Origin: an uncultured Gammaproteobacteria bacterium
GTDB taxonomy: Bacteria > Patescibacteriota > Microgenomatia > Levybacterales > UBA12049
Assembly (NCBI GenBank): GCA_964490105.1
Contig: CAZAZU010000001.1
Span: forward strand, 22,706-86,705
Reading direction: 5' to 3'
DNA length: 64,000 bases
The notes under the pieces are model-generated. The model saw only the letters and a program-made list of their open reading frames with translations, was not told the DNA's origin and ran no database searches. Shown here in pieces: positions 55,651-64,000 of this stretch (position 1 is its first letter; each line of letters opens with the position of its first letter). Position numbers and translations under genes: made by a program.

Positions 55651-57894
55651 TTATTTCTTCCGATAAATGAAAACTAAAGTTGCCTTATCAGCTGTTACTT
55701 CATGAATCAATTTATATTCCTTTTTAATTTCACTATCATCAAATCCTTCTCTTAAAACATTAAAATAATTTACAACTACATAATCATATTTTTTATTTTC
55801 ATTATATTTTTCAGCCTGATATTCGCTGTAGTATGGAAAAGAATGGAGAGGAGAAATTGCAAGACCAACTTTAGAATCTTTAGGTGCATTATCTCTTAGA
55901 TAAATTCCGGCTTCTCTGTTTCCCTGACCCCACGATCCAATTTGGAAAAGACGGGAATCATAAACTCCATTTACTCCGCCTGGGAGAATATTAAAATAAT
56001 CCAAATAATATGGAGTTATGCTTTTTAGAATTATTAAAAAATAAATTATTAGAGCAAGGATAGCAAAAAATTTAATTTTAAATTTGTTTTTAAACATTTC
56101 TAGACTAAATTCAAGACCAATTGCTGCGATTAATGCTAGCGGAGCATAAACTTGAATAATGTAGCGAAGACCATGCTGTTTGAATGGATAAAGAGATTGA
56201 AAGAAGGGAAGCATGAACCAAACAAGTACTGCATATAGAACAAATTTTTTTCTAATATCTATCGCCTTCATTCCGATAAAAAATAAAGATATAATTAAAA
56301 ATGGCGTTGTTATTAAAAAGTAAACTGGGTAATAGACGATTGGCACCAGCATTAGTCTTCCAAAAAATATTTCAGGGGGAGGGAGTTTAACTTCATTTGA
56401 AAACCACATAGCTTTTTCAATGGCAATTGCATCGTTTAAATTTAAGAATGCCATAGGCCAAAGAAGAATAAATGTAATACAGGAAATTATAAAAATTGAA
56501 AACAGTGGTATGATTAATTGTTTTAAAAAAATTGTTTTATTTTTTTTATCTTTTAGAAAATACCAAATAAGATAAATTACTAAAAATAATGGATAAATAA
56601 AAATATTTGTTTGTTTTACTCCTAATGCGAGTCCAGTAAATATACCAGTCAAAAATAAAGTTTTATAAGAAAATTTATGGAGCAAGTTTACAAAAAGAAA
56701 AACCGATGCTGTAAAGAAAAACATCACGAGACTTTCAAGAGTCGCTAATTGAGAATACCCTAAGAATGTAGGTAGCATGCTTAAGATAATTCCAGCGGTG
56801 AACCCAACAAATGGAGAAATATATTTCCAACCAAAAAGTGCAATTAATATAACTGAAAGCGTAGAAAATAAAACAGCTACAAGTCTTGCATGGGTATAAT
56901 CATAGCTATAAATAGGTGTTCCATTTTTATCAAAATTTTGAATATCGAAAGAAGATGCAAGTCCATATAGATATCTACCAATCGGTGGATGATCAAAGGT
57001 AAATTTAAAGAATGGATTATTAAAATCTCCATCAATAATCAGATTATTCATCGTATATCCATTTTCAGAATATGCGCCTTCGTCCCAAGTCCTGCCCATC
57101 TCATTAAGATTCCAGAATCTTAGAGCTAGAGTTAGAGCGATTAGCAGGGAGATAGATATTATTTTTATGTTCCTGGGAGTTTTAAATCTAATTGCTAATA
57201 TATTTATTAAAGATGTTAAGAGTTCTCTATTTCCATATGATGATCTTCCAAATTGTCTTTCGACAAAAGTTGTTGGAACTTCAGAAATTTTAAAATTATT
57301 TTTTTTAAGTTTATATGCTGTTTCTGAAAGAACAATAAATCCGCTGGATTCAAGTTTTATTTGTACTAAAAATTCCAACGCATTTCTACTGTAGAGTCTA
57401 TAGCCATTTGTATAGTCAGAAAGCTTTAAGTTTAATAGTACACTTAAAAATTTGTTAATAATTTTACTCATCACAACCCGCCACATTGCCCATTTTATTA
57501 TTTTACTTTCTGATAAATATCTAGAGCCAACCACTAAGTCAGTATTATCTTTTTTTATTTTTTCGATAAAGCTTTTTGCTTCTTTTGGATCATGAGAAAG
57601 GTCTGCGTCCATCTCAAAAGCATGTGTTATTTTTTTATCTTTTAATGCAATTTTAAATCCTTCTATGACTGCGCTTCCTCTTCCCATCTTTTTTTTGCGA
57701 GGAAAATATATGACATTTTTTTTACCAGATTTTGAGAGAAGTTTTTTAATTTTATTTTTTTCTAGAGAATTTGAATCGTCAACGATTATTATTTTAGACT
57801 TTGGGTGATGCTTTCGAATTTTATTGATGAGAAGAATAATATTTTCTGACTCATTATAAGAGGGGATAATAAATGCAACATTAATTAATTTCAT
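55651..57894 (-). CDS. GT2 (polyprenol-phosphate sugar synthase-like) fused to a GT-C/PMT-like membrane glycosyltransferase
   Basis: IPSYNE, VDDS, EMDADLSHDP, VGSRY, DYTNGYR; then TWDE, DHPP, many transmembrane helices, RYI. Confidence 0.85.
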   Translation of the reverse strand: MKLINVAFIIPSYNESENIILLINKIRKHHPKSKIIIVDDSNSLEKNKIKKLLSKSGKKNVIYFPRKKKMGRGSAVIEGFKIALKDKKITHAFEMDADLSHDPKEAKSFIEKIKKDNTDLVVGSRYLSESKIIKWAMWRVVMSKIINKFLSVLLNLKLSDYTNGYRLYSRNALEFLVQIKLESSGFIVLSETAYKLKKNNFKISEVPTTFVERQFGRSSYGNRELLTSLINILAIRFKTPRNIKIISISLLIALTLALRFWNLNEMGRTWDEGAYSENGYTMNNLIIDGDFNNPFFKFTFDHPPIGRYLYGLASSFDIQNFDKNGTPIYSYDYTHARLVAVLFSTLSVILIALFGWKYISPFVGFTAGIILSMLPTFLGYSQLATLESLVMFFFTASVFLFVNLLHKFSYKTLFLTGIFTGLALGVKQTNIFIYPLFLVIYLIWYFLKDKKNKTIFLKQLIIPLFSIFIISCITFILLWPMAFLNLNDAIAIEKAMWFSNEVKLPPPEIFFGRLMLVPIVYYPVYFLITTPFLIISLFFIGMKAIDIRKKFVLYAVLVWFMLPFFQSLYPFKQHGLRYIIQVYAPLALIAAIGLEFSLEMFKNKFKIKFFAILALIIYFLIILKSITPYYLDYFNILPGGVNGVYDSRLFQIGSWGQGNREAGIYLRDNAPKDSKVGLAISPLHSFPYYSEYQAEKYNENKKYDYVVVNYFNVLREGFDDSEIKKEYKLIHEVTADKATLVFIYRKK

Positions 57895-57979
57895 ACAAAA
57901 TCAGAGAAAGTATAGCATATAAATAAGTGTGGAATGACTTGAAATAGAAATGTTTAAAAGTTATACTTTTTAGACCTTA

Positions 57980-59020
57980 ATGAAAAAGAAGATAATTATT
58001 GTTTTAGGGATTGTTTTGGTTTTGGTAAGTGGAATTTTAATACTTAACAAAAAATCAGATAATTCTGTATCCAGTCTTTTAAATAAAACTGCAGATGTAG
58101 ATGATTTAACTGGAGAAATGGATTCAGAGCCGCACGCTCTTTCTATAGAATCACTTCGTCAAGGGGACTATCCGGGTAGTGATTTGGTTTTAGAGCAGAC
58201 TTTAACTCCAGGTTCAAATTATTCAAGATATATAGTTAGTTATAAATCAGAAGGACTTAAAAATTATGCGCTTTTAACTGTTCCAAATGGAGAAGCGCCA
58301 GCAGGAGGGTGGCCAGCAATAGTTTTTAATCATGGCTTTATTCCACCATTAGAATATAGAACGACTGAGCGATATATCGCTTACACGGATGCATTTTCAA
58401 GAAACGGTTATGTTTTACTTCGACCTGATTACAGGGGGCATGGAAATAGCGAAGGGGAAGCGACTGGTGGATATGGATCAAATGCATATACCATAGATGT
58501 ATTAAATGCGCTGGCAAGTTTGAAGCGCTACCCCGGAGTTAACACAGAGAAAATTGGAATGTGGGGTCACTCAATGGGGGGTCATATAACTCTGAGGTCT
58601 ATGGTAGTCAATAAAGATATTAAAGCTGGTGTAATTTGGGCTGGAGTTGTGGCATCATACCCAGATCTTATAAATAATTGGAGAAGGGGAACTCCAAGAC
58701 CAACGATGCCTGGAGCTAGAAGAAGTTGGAGAGTAACTTTGACAGAGCAATTTGGTGCCCCTGAAAGTAATCCTGATTTCTGGAATTCAATTTCCTCAGA
58801 TTACTTCCTGGCTGATATTTCAGGACCAATTCAGCTCCATCATGGAACTTCGGACTCGTCAGTTCCTGTGGAATTCTCCAGAAAGCTTGAAGAAAAGATG
58901 AAATCAGCAGGGAAAACGGTTGAGTACTATGAATATCCAGGAGACGATCATGATATTACTGAAAATTTCTCAGTTGCCTCACAGCGTTCCGTTGAATTCT
59001 TCGATAAATACCTAAAATAG
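57980..59020 (+). CDS. membrane-anchored alpha/beta hydrolase (S9 peptidase-like)
   Basis: DYRGHG, GHSMGG, HHGTSDSSV, GDDH. Confidence 0.88.
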   Translation: MKKKIIIVLGIVLVLVSGILILNKKSDNSVSSLLNKTADVDDLTGEMDSEPHALSIESLRQGDYPGSDLVLEQTLTPGSNYSRYIVSYKSEGLKNYALLTVPNGEAPAGGWPAIVFNHGFIPPLEYRTTERYIAYTDAFSRNGYVLLRPDYRGHGNSEGEATGGYGSNAYTIDVLNALASLKRYPGVNTEKIGMWGHSMGGHITLRSMVVNKDIKAGVIWAGVVASYPDLINNWRRGTPRPTMPGARRSWRVTLTEQFGAPESNPDFWNSISSDYFLADISGPIQLHHGTSDSSVPVEFSRKLEEKMKSAGKTVEYYEYPGDDHDITENFSVASQRSVEFFDKYLK

Positions 59021-59060
59021 TGTTTATTTAGCCACCAAAAAGTGCTACGATTAGATTAGT

Positions 59061-60308
59061 TTGAGAAGTATTCTGTCCAAAATTAAGTCTATCGTAAAAC
59101 GTTTAATTACGCGTTTTAAGCAGTTAACTCGTAAGAAAAAAATTGTCGTAATAATTCTTGCTATAGTTTTGTCAGGGTTCCTCTGGAAGACAATTTCGAA
59201 CGCTACTAAAGAACCTCCCTATAAGCTTGAGAAAGCAAAAATTTCAAATATTGAGGAGATAGTATCAGAAACCGGAAATGTGGTTACAAATGGAAGAAGC
59301 GATGTTTACTCTCCGACAAATGGAATTGTTACTGAGATTCTCGTAAGAAATGGCGATATTGTCAAAGAGGGAGATGTAATTTTTAAAGTTGAGAGTTCGG
59401 CAAGTGAGCAGGAGCAAAAAGCTGCACAAGCAAATTATCTAGCTGCAGTTTCAGCATTAAATACAGCAAAAGCTTCTGCTAACTTACTCAGGTCTGAAAT
59501 GCTTGCAAATTGGCAAGAGTATAAAGACACAGCGACAAATGATATCTACGAAAATAGTGATGGGACCCCAAGAAATGATCAGAGAAGTTCTTCTGAATTT
59601 AACATCGCAAAAGATAATTGGTTAGCAGCGGAAGCCAAATATAAGAATCAGGAAACCGCTATAGCTGCAGCTGCAGCAAGTGTAAACTCTACAAACATTT
59701 TATATCAAGCTACGAAGGATGCTGTTGTAAAAGCACCTTCCTCAGGTACTGTTGCAAATCTTTCAGTGTCGGTTGGGAATGGAGTAAATATAAAATCAGC
59801 GGGCTCTGCAAATCCACCAGTTTTAACAATTGCTAGTATTTCGCTTCCTGAAGCTTCAATTTTACTTGGAGAAAATGACATAGTAAAGCTTTCTGAAGGT
59901 CAAAGTGTAAAATTAGATATTAGCGCAGTTGATGATAAAGAATATGGAGGAACAGTAGCAAGAGTTGATTCGATTGGTACAGAAAAATCAGGAGTTATGA
60001 AGTATTCAGTTTATATTCAAATTTTAGACTCTGATGGGAGGATTCGTCCTGGAATGAGTGTTGATGCAGACATTACAACTAAAAAAATTGAAAATGTACT
60101 AACAGTTCCAAATTCTTCAATTAAACCGTTTGAAGGAGGAAAAGCAGTTAGAGTTATTGATGAAAAAACAAAAGAAATAAAATTCATCCCAGTAAAAATT
60201 GGCGTTAGGGGACAATCGAGAACTCAAATAATTTCCGGAATTTCTGAAGGTCAGGAAGTGGTAGTCTCTCTTTCAAACGAAAATTTAAAGCGACCTAGTC
60301 TGTTTTAA
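59061..60308 (+). CDS. efflux membrane-fusion (MacA-like) adaptor
   Basis: N-terminal transmembrane helix, lipoyl half-motifs, coiled coil, RPGMS, GISEG. Confidence 0.88.
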   Translation: MRSILSKIKSIVKRLITRFKQLTRKKKIVVIILAIVLSGFLWKTISNATKEPPYKLEKAKISNIEEIVSETGNVVTNGRSDVYSPTNGIVTEILVRNGDIVKEGDVIFKVESSASEQEQKAAQANYLAAVSALNTAKASANLLRSEMLANWQEYKDTATNDIYENSDGTPRNDQRSSSEFNIAKDNWLAAEAKYKNQETAIAAAAASVNSTNILYQATKDAVVKAPSSGTVANLSVSVGNGVNIKSAGSANPPVLTIASISLPEASILLGENDIVKLSEGQSVKLDISAVDDKEYGGTVARVDSIGTEKSGVMKYSVYIQILDSDGRIRPGMSVDADITTKKIENVLTVPNSSIKPFEGGKAVRVIDEKTKEIKFIPVKIGVRGQSRTQIISGISEGQEVVVSLSNENLKRPSLF

Positions 60309-60310
60309 TA

Positions 60311-61006
60311 ATGGCAACAAAAACTCCTCTAATTAGTCTCGAGAATGTAGCTAAGAAATATCCCTTGGAAGATGGTGAATTTTACCAAGCTTTAAACGGA
60401 ATAAGTCTTAATATTAACGAAGGAGAATTCGTAGCGATAATAGGTCCCTCTGGATCAGGGAAATCTACCATGATGCATATTCTCGGAGCTCTAGATACTC
60501 CAAGCAGCGGAACGTACTTATTTAAGAACAAAAATATCTCAACATTTTCTGAAGATCAATTATCGGAAATTAGAAACAAGGAAATTGGATTTGTTTTTCA
60601 AGCCTTTAATCTTTTACCTCGTACTACTGTTTTTAAAAATGTGGAGCGTCCTATGATGTATGGCAAAATTCCGCAAAGTGAAAGAAATAAAAAAGTTATG
60701 GATGCCTTAACTTTAGTGGGGATTTCAGACAAAGCAAATAATCTTTCAAATCATATTTCAGGCGGACAGATTCAGAGAGTAGCAATTGCAAGAGCGCTAA
60801 TTATGGAACCCTCAATAATTCTTGCTGATGAGCCAACCGGTAATCTAGACACAAAAACATCTCATGAGATTATGCATTTTTTTGAAAAATTAAATAAAGA
60901 CGGTAAAACCATTATTTTAATTACTCACGAAACCGAAATAGCAGAATATGCTAAAAGAATTATAAAAATTGTTGATGGAAAAATAGTAAGCGACAGGAAA
61001 AAATAA
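60311..61006 (+). CDS. ABC transporter ATP-binding protein (MacB/LolD-like)
   Basis: GPSGSGKST, ISGGQIQR, ADEPTGNLD, ITH. Confidence 0.95.
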   Translation: MATKTPLISLENVAKKYPLEDGEFYQALNGISLNINEGEFVAIIGPSGSGKSTMMHILGALDTPSSGTYLFKNKNISTFSEDQLSEIRNKEIGFVFQAFNLLPRTTVFKNVERPMMYGKIPQSERNKKVMDALTLVGISDKANNLSNHISGGQIQRVAIARALIMEPSIILADEPTGNLDTKTSHEIMHFFEKLNKDGKTIILITHETEIAEYAKRIIKIVDGKIVSDRKK

Positions 61007-61007
61007 A

Positions 61008-62219
61008 ATGGAATATAAAGAGTTGATAAATTCAGCGATCCAAGCATTAAAAAGTAACATTCTTAGAACATCTCTAACAATGCTTGGAATTATAATTGGA
61101 ATTACATCTGTAATTTTAATTGTCTCAATAGGCCAGGGAGCTGTCGCTTTTGTAACTAATGAACTCGCAACTTTTGGTACTAATGTTTTCTCTATTAACC
61201 CAGGGTCAGATAACTTTAGTAGCTTTGCAGGAGCAGATACATTAACACTAGATGATGTAGAGGCAATTGATGAGGACGAGTCTTTAACAAATGTAAAAAG
61301 TGTTGCTGCGATTTCAATGGCATCAGTTACAGTTGCAGCGAATGGAGAAGAAGACACCTTAAATGTTCAAGGAGTGACTCCTGAGATTTTAGAAATTTTA
61401 AAACCAGACATAATAGAAGGAGAATTTCTAACATCAGATAATGATCAAAGCGCTGATAGAGTAGTTGTGATGGGTTCAGACGCTGCTGAAACTTTTTTCG
61501 GTGAAGGAGCAAGCGTGGTTAATGAAACAATAAAAGTAGATAATAAAACTTTTAGAATAATTGGGGTAGCTAGATCTTCCAGCGCAATAGCAGGCGGAGT
61601 TTTAAATAATTCCTTGTATATTCCGCTAAGCGTTGTCAGGAATGAATTTCCAAATGGAGACAGGATTCAGGAAATTGATGTTAGCGTTGAAGATCCTGAT
61701 CAAATAAATCAAACCATGGACGATGTGGAGCTCTTGTTAAGAGATAGGCACGGCATTGATGAGAATGAAGAAAATGATTTCGTTATGCAGAGCTTTCAAG
61801 ATATTCTTTCAACGGTTCAAACAATTACGAATTTACTTACAGCGATGGTAGCTGGAATTTCAGCGATATCGTTGGTAGTAGGTGGAGTAGGGGTTATGAA
61901 TATCATGCTTGTATCAGTTACAGAACGCACAAAAGAAATTGGACTTCTGAAAGCAATTGGCGCAAAAGAGAAAGATATATTAACTCAGTTTCTTATCGAG
62001 GCAGTTGTAATGACACTTTTAGGTGGGTTAATTGGAATTATCCTCGGAGTTGGAGGAGCGTTATTAATTTCCTTAGCAGTGGGAATTCCATTTGCACTTA
62101 ACCCTCTTGCTATTGTCGCTGCAGTGGGAGTTTCAACTCTGGTAGGTGTAATCTTTGGGCTTTATCCAGCGCGCCGAGCCGCACGACTTTCTCCTATTGA
62201 TGCCCTTCGATACGAATAA
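61008..62219 (+). CDS. ABC transporter permease (MacB/FtsX-like)
   Basis: LTMLGIIIG, GGVGVMNIM, ERTKEIG, PARRAARLSPIDALRYE. Confidence 0.95.
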   Translation: MEYKELINSAIQALKSNILRTSLTMLGIIIGITSVILIVSIGQGAVAFVTNELATFGTNVFSINPGSDNFSSFAGADTLTLDDVEAIDEDESLTNVKSVAAISMASVTVAANGEEDTLNVQGVTPEILEILKPDIIEGEFLTSDNDQSADRVVVMGSDAAETFFGEGASVVNETIKVDNKTFRIIGVARSSSAIAGGVLNNSLYIPLSVVRNEFPNGDRIQEIDVSVEDPDQINQTMDDVELLLRDRHGIDENEENDFVMQSFQDILSTVQTITNLLTAMVAGISAISLVVGGVGVMNIMLVSVTERTKEIGLLKAIGAKEKDILTQFLIEAVVMTLLGGLIGIILGVGGALLISLAVGIPFALNPLAIVAAVGVSTLVGVIFGLYPARRAARLSPIDALRYE

Positions 62220-62444
62220 TTAAATTCCTGAGATTTCAAATATTTTATTTCTAGATTTTTCTCCGCTGGTTAAAATTATATTATTTCGCTCAATTTTAAA
62301 ATGTTTTGAAAGAGCATTTATTATGGCAGCATTTGCCCGTCCATCAATTGGAGGTTCATTAACCCAAACATGAAGATCTCCAAGTAAATCTCCTTCAATT
62401 TTTGTTTTCTTAGCATTCGGATGTGCCACAACTTGAATAATCAT
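62220..62444 (-). CDS. DUF167/YggU family protein
   Basis: HPNAK, PPIDGRAN, GEKSRNK. Confidence 0.9.
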   Translation of the reverse strand: MIIQVVAHPNAKKTKIEGDLLGDLHVWVNEPPIDGRANAAIINALSKHFKIERNNIILTSGEKSRNKIFEISGI

Positions 62445-62484
62445 AAAAACATTTTACATTATTTACATTTGTTATACTTCATCT

Positions 62485-63642
62485 ATGCATCAAAACATAA
62501 AACTTCTTTCGTGGTTTAGTTTTTTTATAGATTTTAGATTTTATGCACCAGTTGCGATTCTTTACTTTGCAGAAATTTCTGGTTCCTTCGCTCTTGGGAT
62601 GAGTGTATTTTCAATTGTTACAATTTCTTCAGCATTCTTAGAAGTTCCAACTGGAATTTTTTCTGACAGAATTGGAAGACATAGAACTCTAATTTTAGGT
62701 TCTTTCGCTGGACTTTTATCTATGGTTTTTTACGCAATAGGGGAGTCATTTTTGATCTTAGTGATTGGATCACTTTTTCAGGGACTTGCAACAGCATTTT
62801 ATAGCGGAAATAATGACGCATTAATTCACGACAGTCTATCAGAGAATAATGAAGAGGCGAGATTTGGGGAGTTTTACGGAAAAATGGGGAAAATGTCTCA
62901 GATCGCTTTGGGAATATCAGCAGCTCTTGGTGTAGTTTTACTACTTATTGGTTCTTATTCTCTTTTAGTTTGGCTGTCTATAATTCCGCAAGTAATATGC
63001 TTTTTAATTGCATTTTTTGTCAAAGAGCCAAACGTGCATTCAAATAGATCTGGAAATATTTATAATCATCTAAAAGAAGCATTTCTCGGATTTAAACATA
63101 ATCCCAAATTAAGACTTATTAGTCTCTCCTCAATTATGGGGTATGGATTTGGTGAAGCAAATTATCAATTCCAAGCAGCCGTTTATAGTATGGTATGGCC
63201 GGCATGGGCGATTCCGATCGCAAAAATATTTTCTAATTTTGGAGCAGCTCTGAGTTTTCATTTTAGTCACAGAAGTATAAAAAAATTTGGAGAGTTAAAG
63301 ATGTTGGTAATAGGCAATGTTTACGCCAGGATTGCAACATCACTGGGTGCAGTTTATCCAACTATTTTTACTCCTATCATAATGTCTACGACTTCACTTT
63401 TTCTGGGCTCTACTGTGGTTGCAAAAAATTCGATAATGCAAAAAGAATTTAAACAAGAACAGCGTGCGACGATGGGTTCACTTGAGTCTTTTGCTGGCAG
63501 TTTGTTTTTTGGACTAGTAGCATTCAGCCTCGGTTTATTAGCAGATAAATTATCACCCGCAATGGCAATATTAATTTTACAAGGATTTCAGTTAAGTAAC
63601 CTCATTGTGTTTTACAAGTTTTCTAAGCTTCATAAAAATTAA
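62485..63642 (+). CDS. MFS transporter
   Basis: EVPTGIFSDRIGR motif A, about 12 transmembrane helices, RAT..S. Confidence 0.9.
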   Translation: MHQNIKLLSWFSFFIDFRFYAPVAILYFAEISGSFALGMSVFSIVTISSAFLEVPTGIFSDRIGRHRTLILGSFAGLLSMVFYAIGESFLILVIGSLFQGLATAFYSGNNDALIHDSLSENNEEARFGEFYGKMGKMSQIALGISAALGVVLLLIGSYSLLVWLSIIPQVICFLIAFFVKEPNVHSNRSGNIYNHLKEAFLGFKHNPKLRLISLSSIMGYGFGEANYQFQAAVYSMVWPAWAIPIAKIFSNFGAALSFHFSHRSIKKFGELKMLVIGNVYARIATSLGAVYPTIFTPIIMSTTSLFLGSTVVAKNSIMQKEFKQEQRATMGSLESFAGSLFFGLVAFSLGLLADKLSPAMAILILQGFQLSNLIVFYKFSKLHKN

Positions 63643-63643
63643 T

Positions 63644-63698
63644 CTTACGAATTGCTTACATAATTTAGCATTTTATTTTAACATCATTTCCCTAGAAT
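63644..63698 (+). promoter_or_regulatory. direct-repeat box plus -10 element
   Basis: CTTAC-gaattg-CTTAC, then tttaaca-9nt-TAGAAT-6nt-ATG. Confidence 0.6.
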
Positions 63699-63704
63699 AG
63701 CCTT

Positions 63705-63986
63705 ATGACAGATACAAAGAAACAAGATATAGTAAATCCAATAGCAGCAGCAGTAACTGGAGCCGCGCTCGGTGCAGGAGTAGCAATCGCTGGAGCTATC
63801 GCCTTAAAAGATGAAAAAAATAGAAAAAAAGTTAAAGAAGTCTTAAATAATCTAAAAGATAGGGGAGAAGAGATGCAGAAGGATTTAAAGAAAGACGCGA
63901 AAGATGCAAAGGGTGACGTTAACGGAAAAATAGATGAGGTTAAGGAAGATGCAGAAGATAAAAAACCAAAAGAACTGACATCATAA
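63705..63986 (+). CDS. YtxH-like small membrane-anchored hydrophilic protein
   Basis: GAALGAGVA hydrophobic stretch followed by a highly charged K/D/E tail. Confidence 0.6.
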   Translation: MTDTKKQDIVNPIAAAVTGAALGAGVAIAGAIALKDEKNRKKVKEVLNNLKDRGEEMQKDLKKDAKDAKGDVNGKIDEVKEDAEDKKPKELTS

Positions 63987-64000
63987 CCACTTAATTATAT

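Noticed and set aside
1-64000. Alternative genetic code (TGA recoded as Gly or Trp)
   Set aside because: Conserved genes are full length in code 11 and many end at TGA within ATGA overlaps.

Overview
AT-rich, gene-dense bacterial chromosome segment in genetic code 11. Gene style and content (short EF-Ts, rpsB-tsf-frr-rseP without pyrH/uppS, CofE-like ligase near folA, leaderless promoters, orphan proteins) point to Patescibacteria/CPR, most likely Microgenomates; this is an inference, not a database result. For a CPR genome it carries unusually much nucleotide metabolism: purK-purE-(Nudix-purC)-purF-purN-purD-purL-purQ-purM, guaB-guaA, glyA, folA, prs and pgl/zwf/gnd. It also holds translation and repair genes, a two-component pair and a MacAB-like exporter. 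Four features not visible in the ORF track stand out. (1) A dispersed class of mostly Arg-rich, often antisense-oriented orphan or degenerate-enzyme genes (NlpC/P60-like, Maf-like, CE4, GH8-CE4, aminotransferase-like) has its own promoter geometry; these are candidate host-directed proteins. (2) A candidate stress regulon is marked by a CTTAC-N6-CTTAC direct repeat around an OmpR-type regulator, small hydrophilic peptides and a stand-alone cyanophycin-synthetase N-domain. (3) A 77-bp MITE with a perfect target-site duplication sits between purN and purD, and several other small palindromic or heptamer elements occur, some in frame inside genes. (4) Small genes missed by the ORF track include rpsU. 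No tRNA, rRNA, CRISPR array or transposase was recognised. All family calls come from motif recognition by eye.
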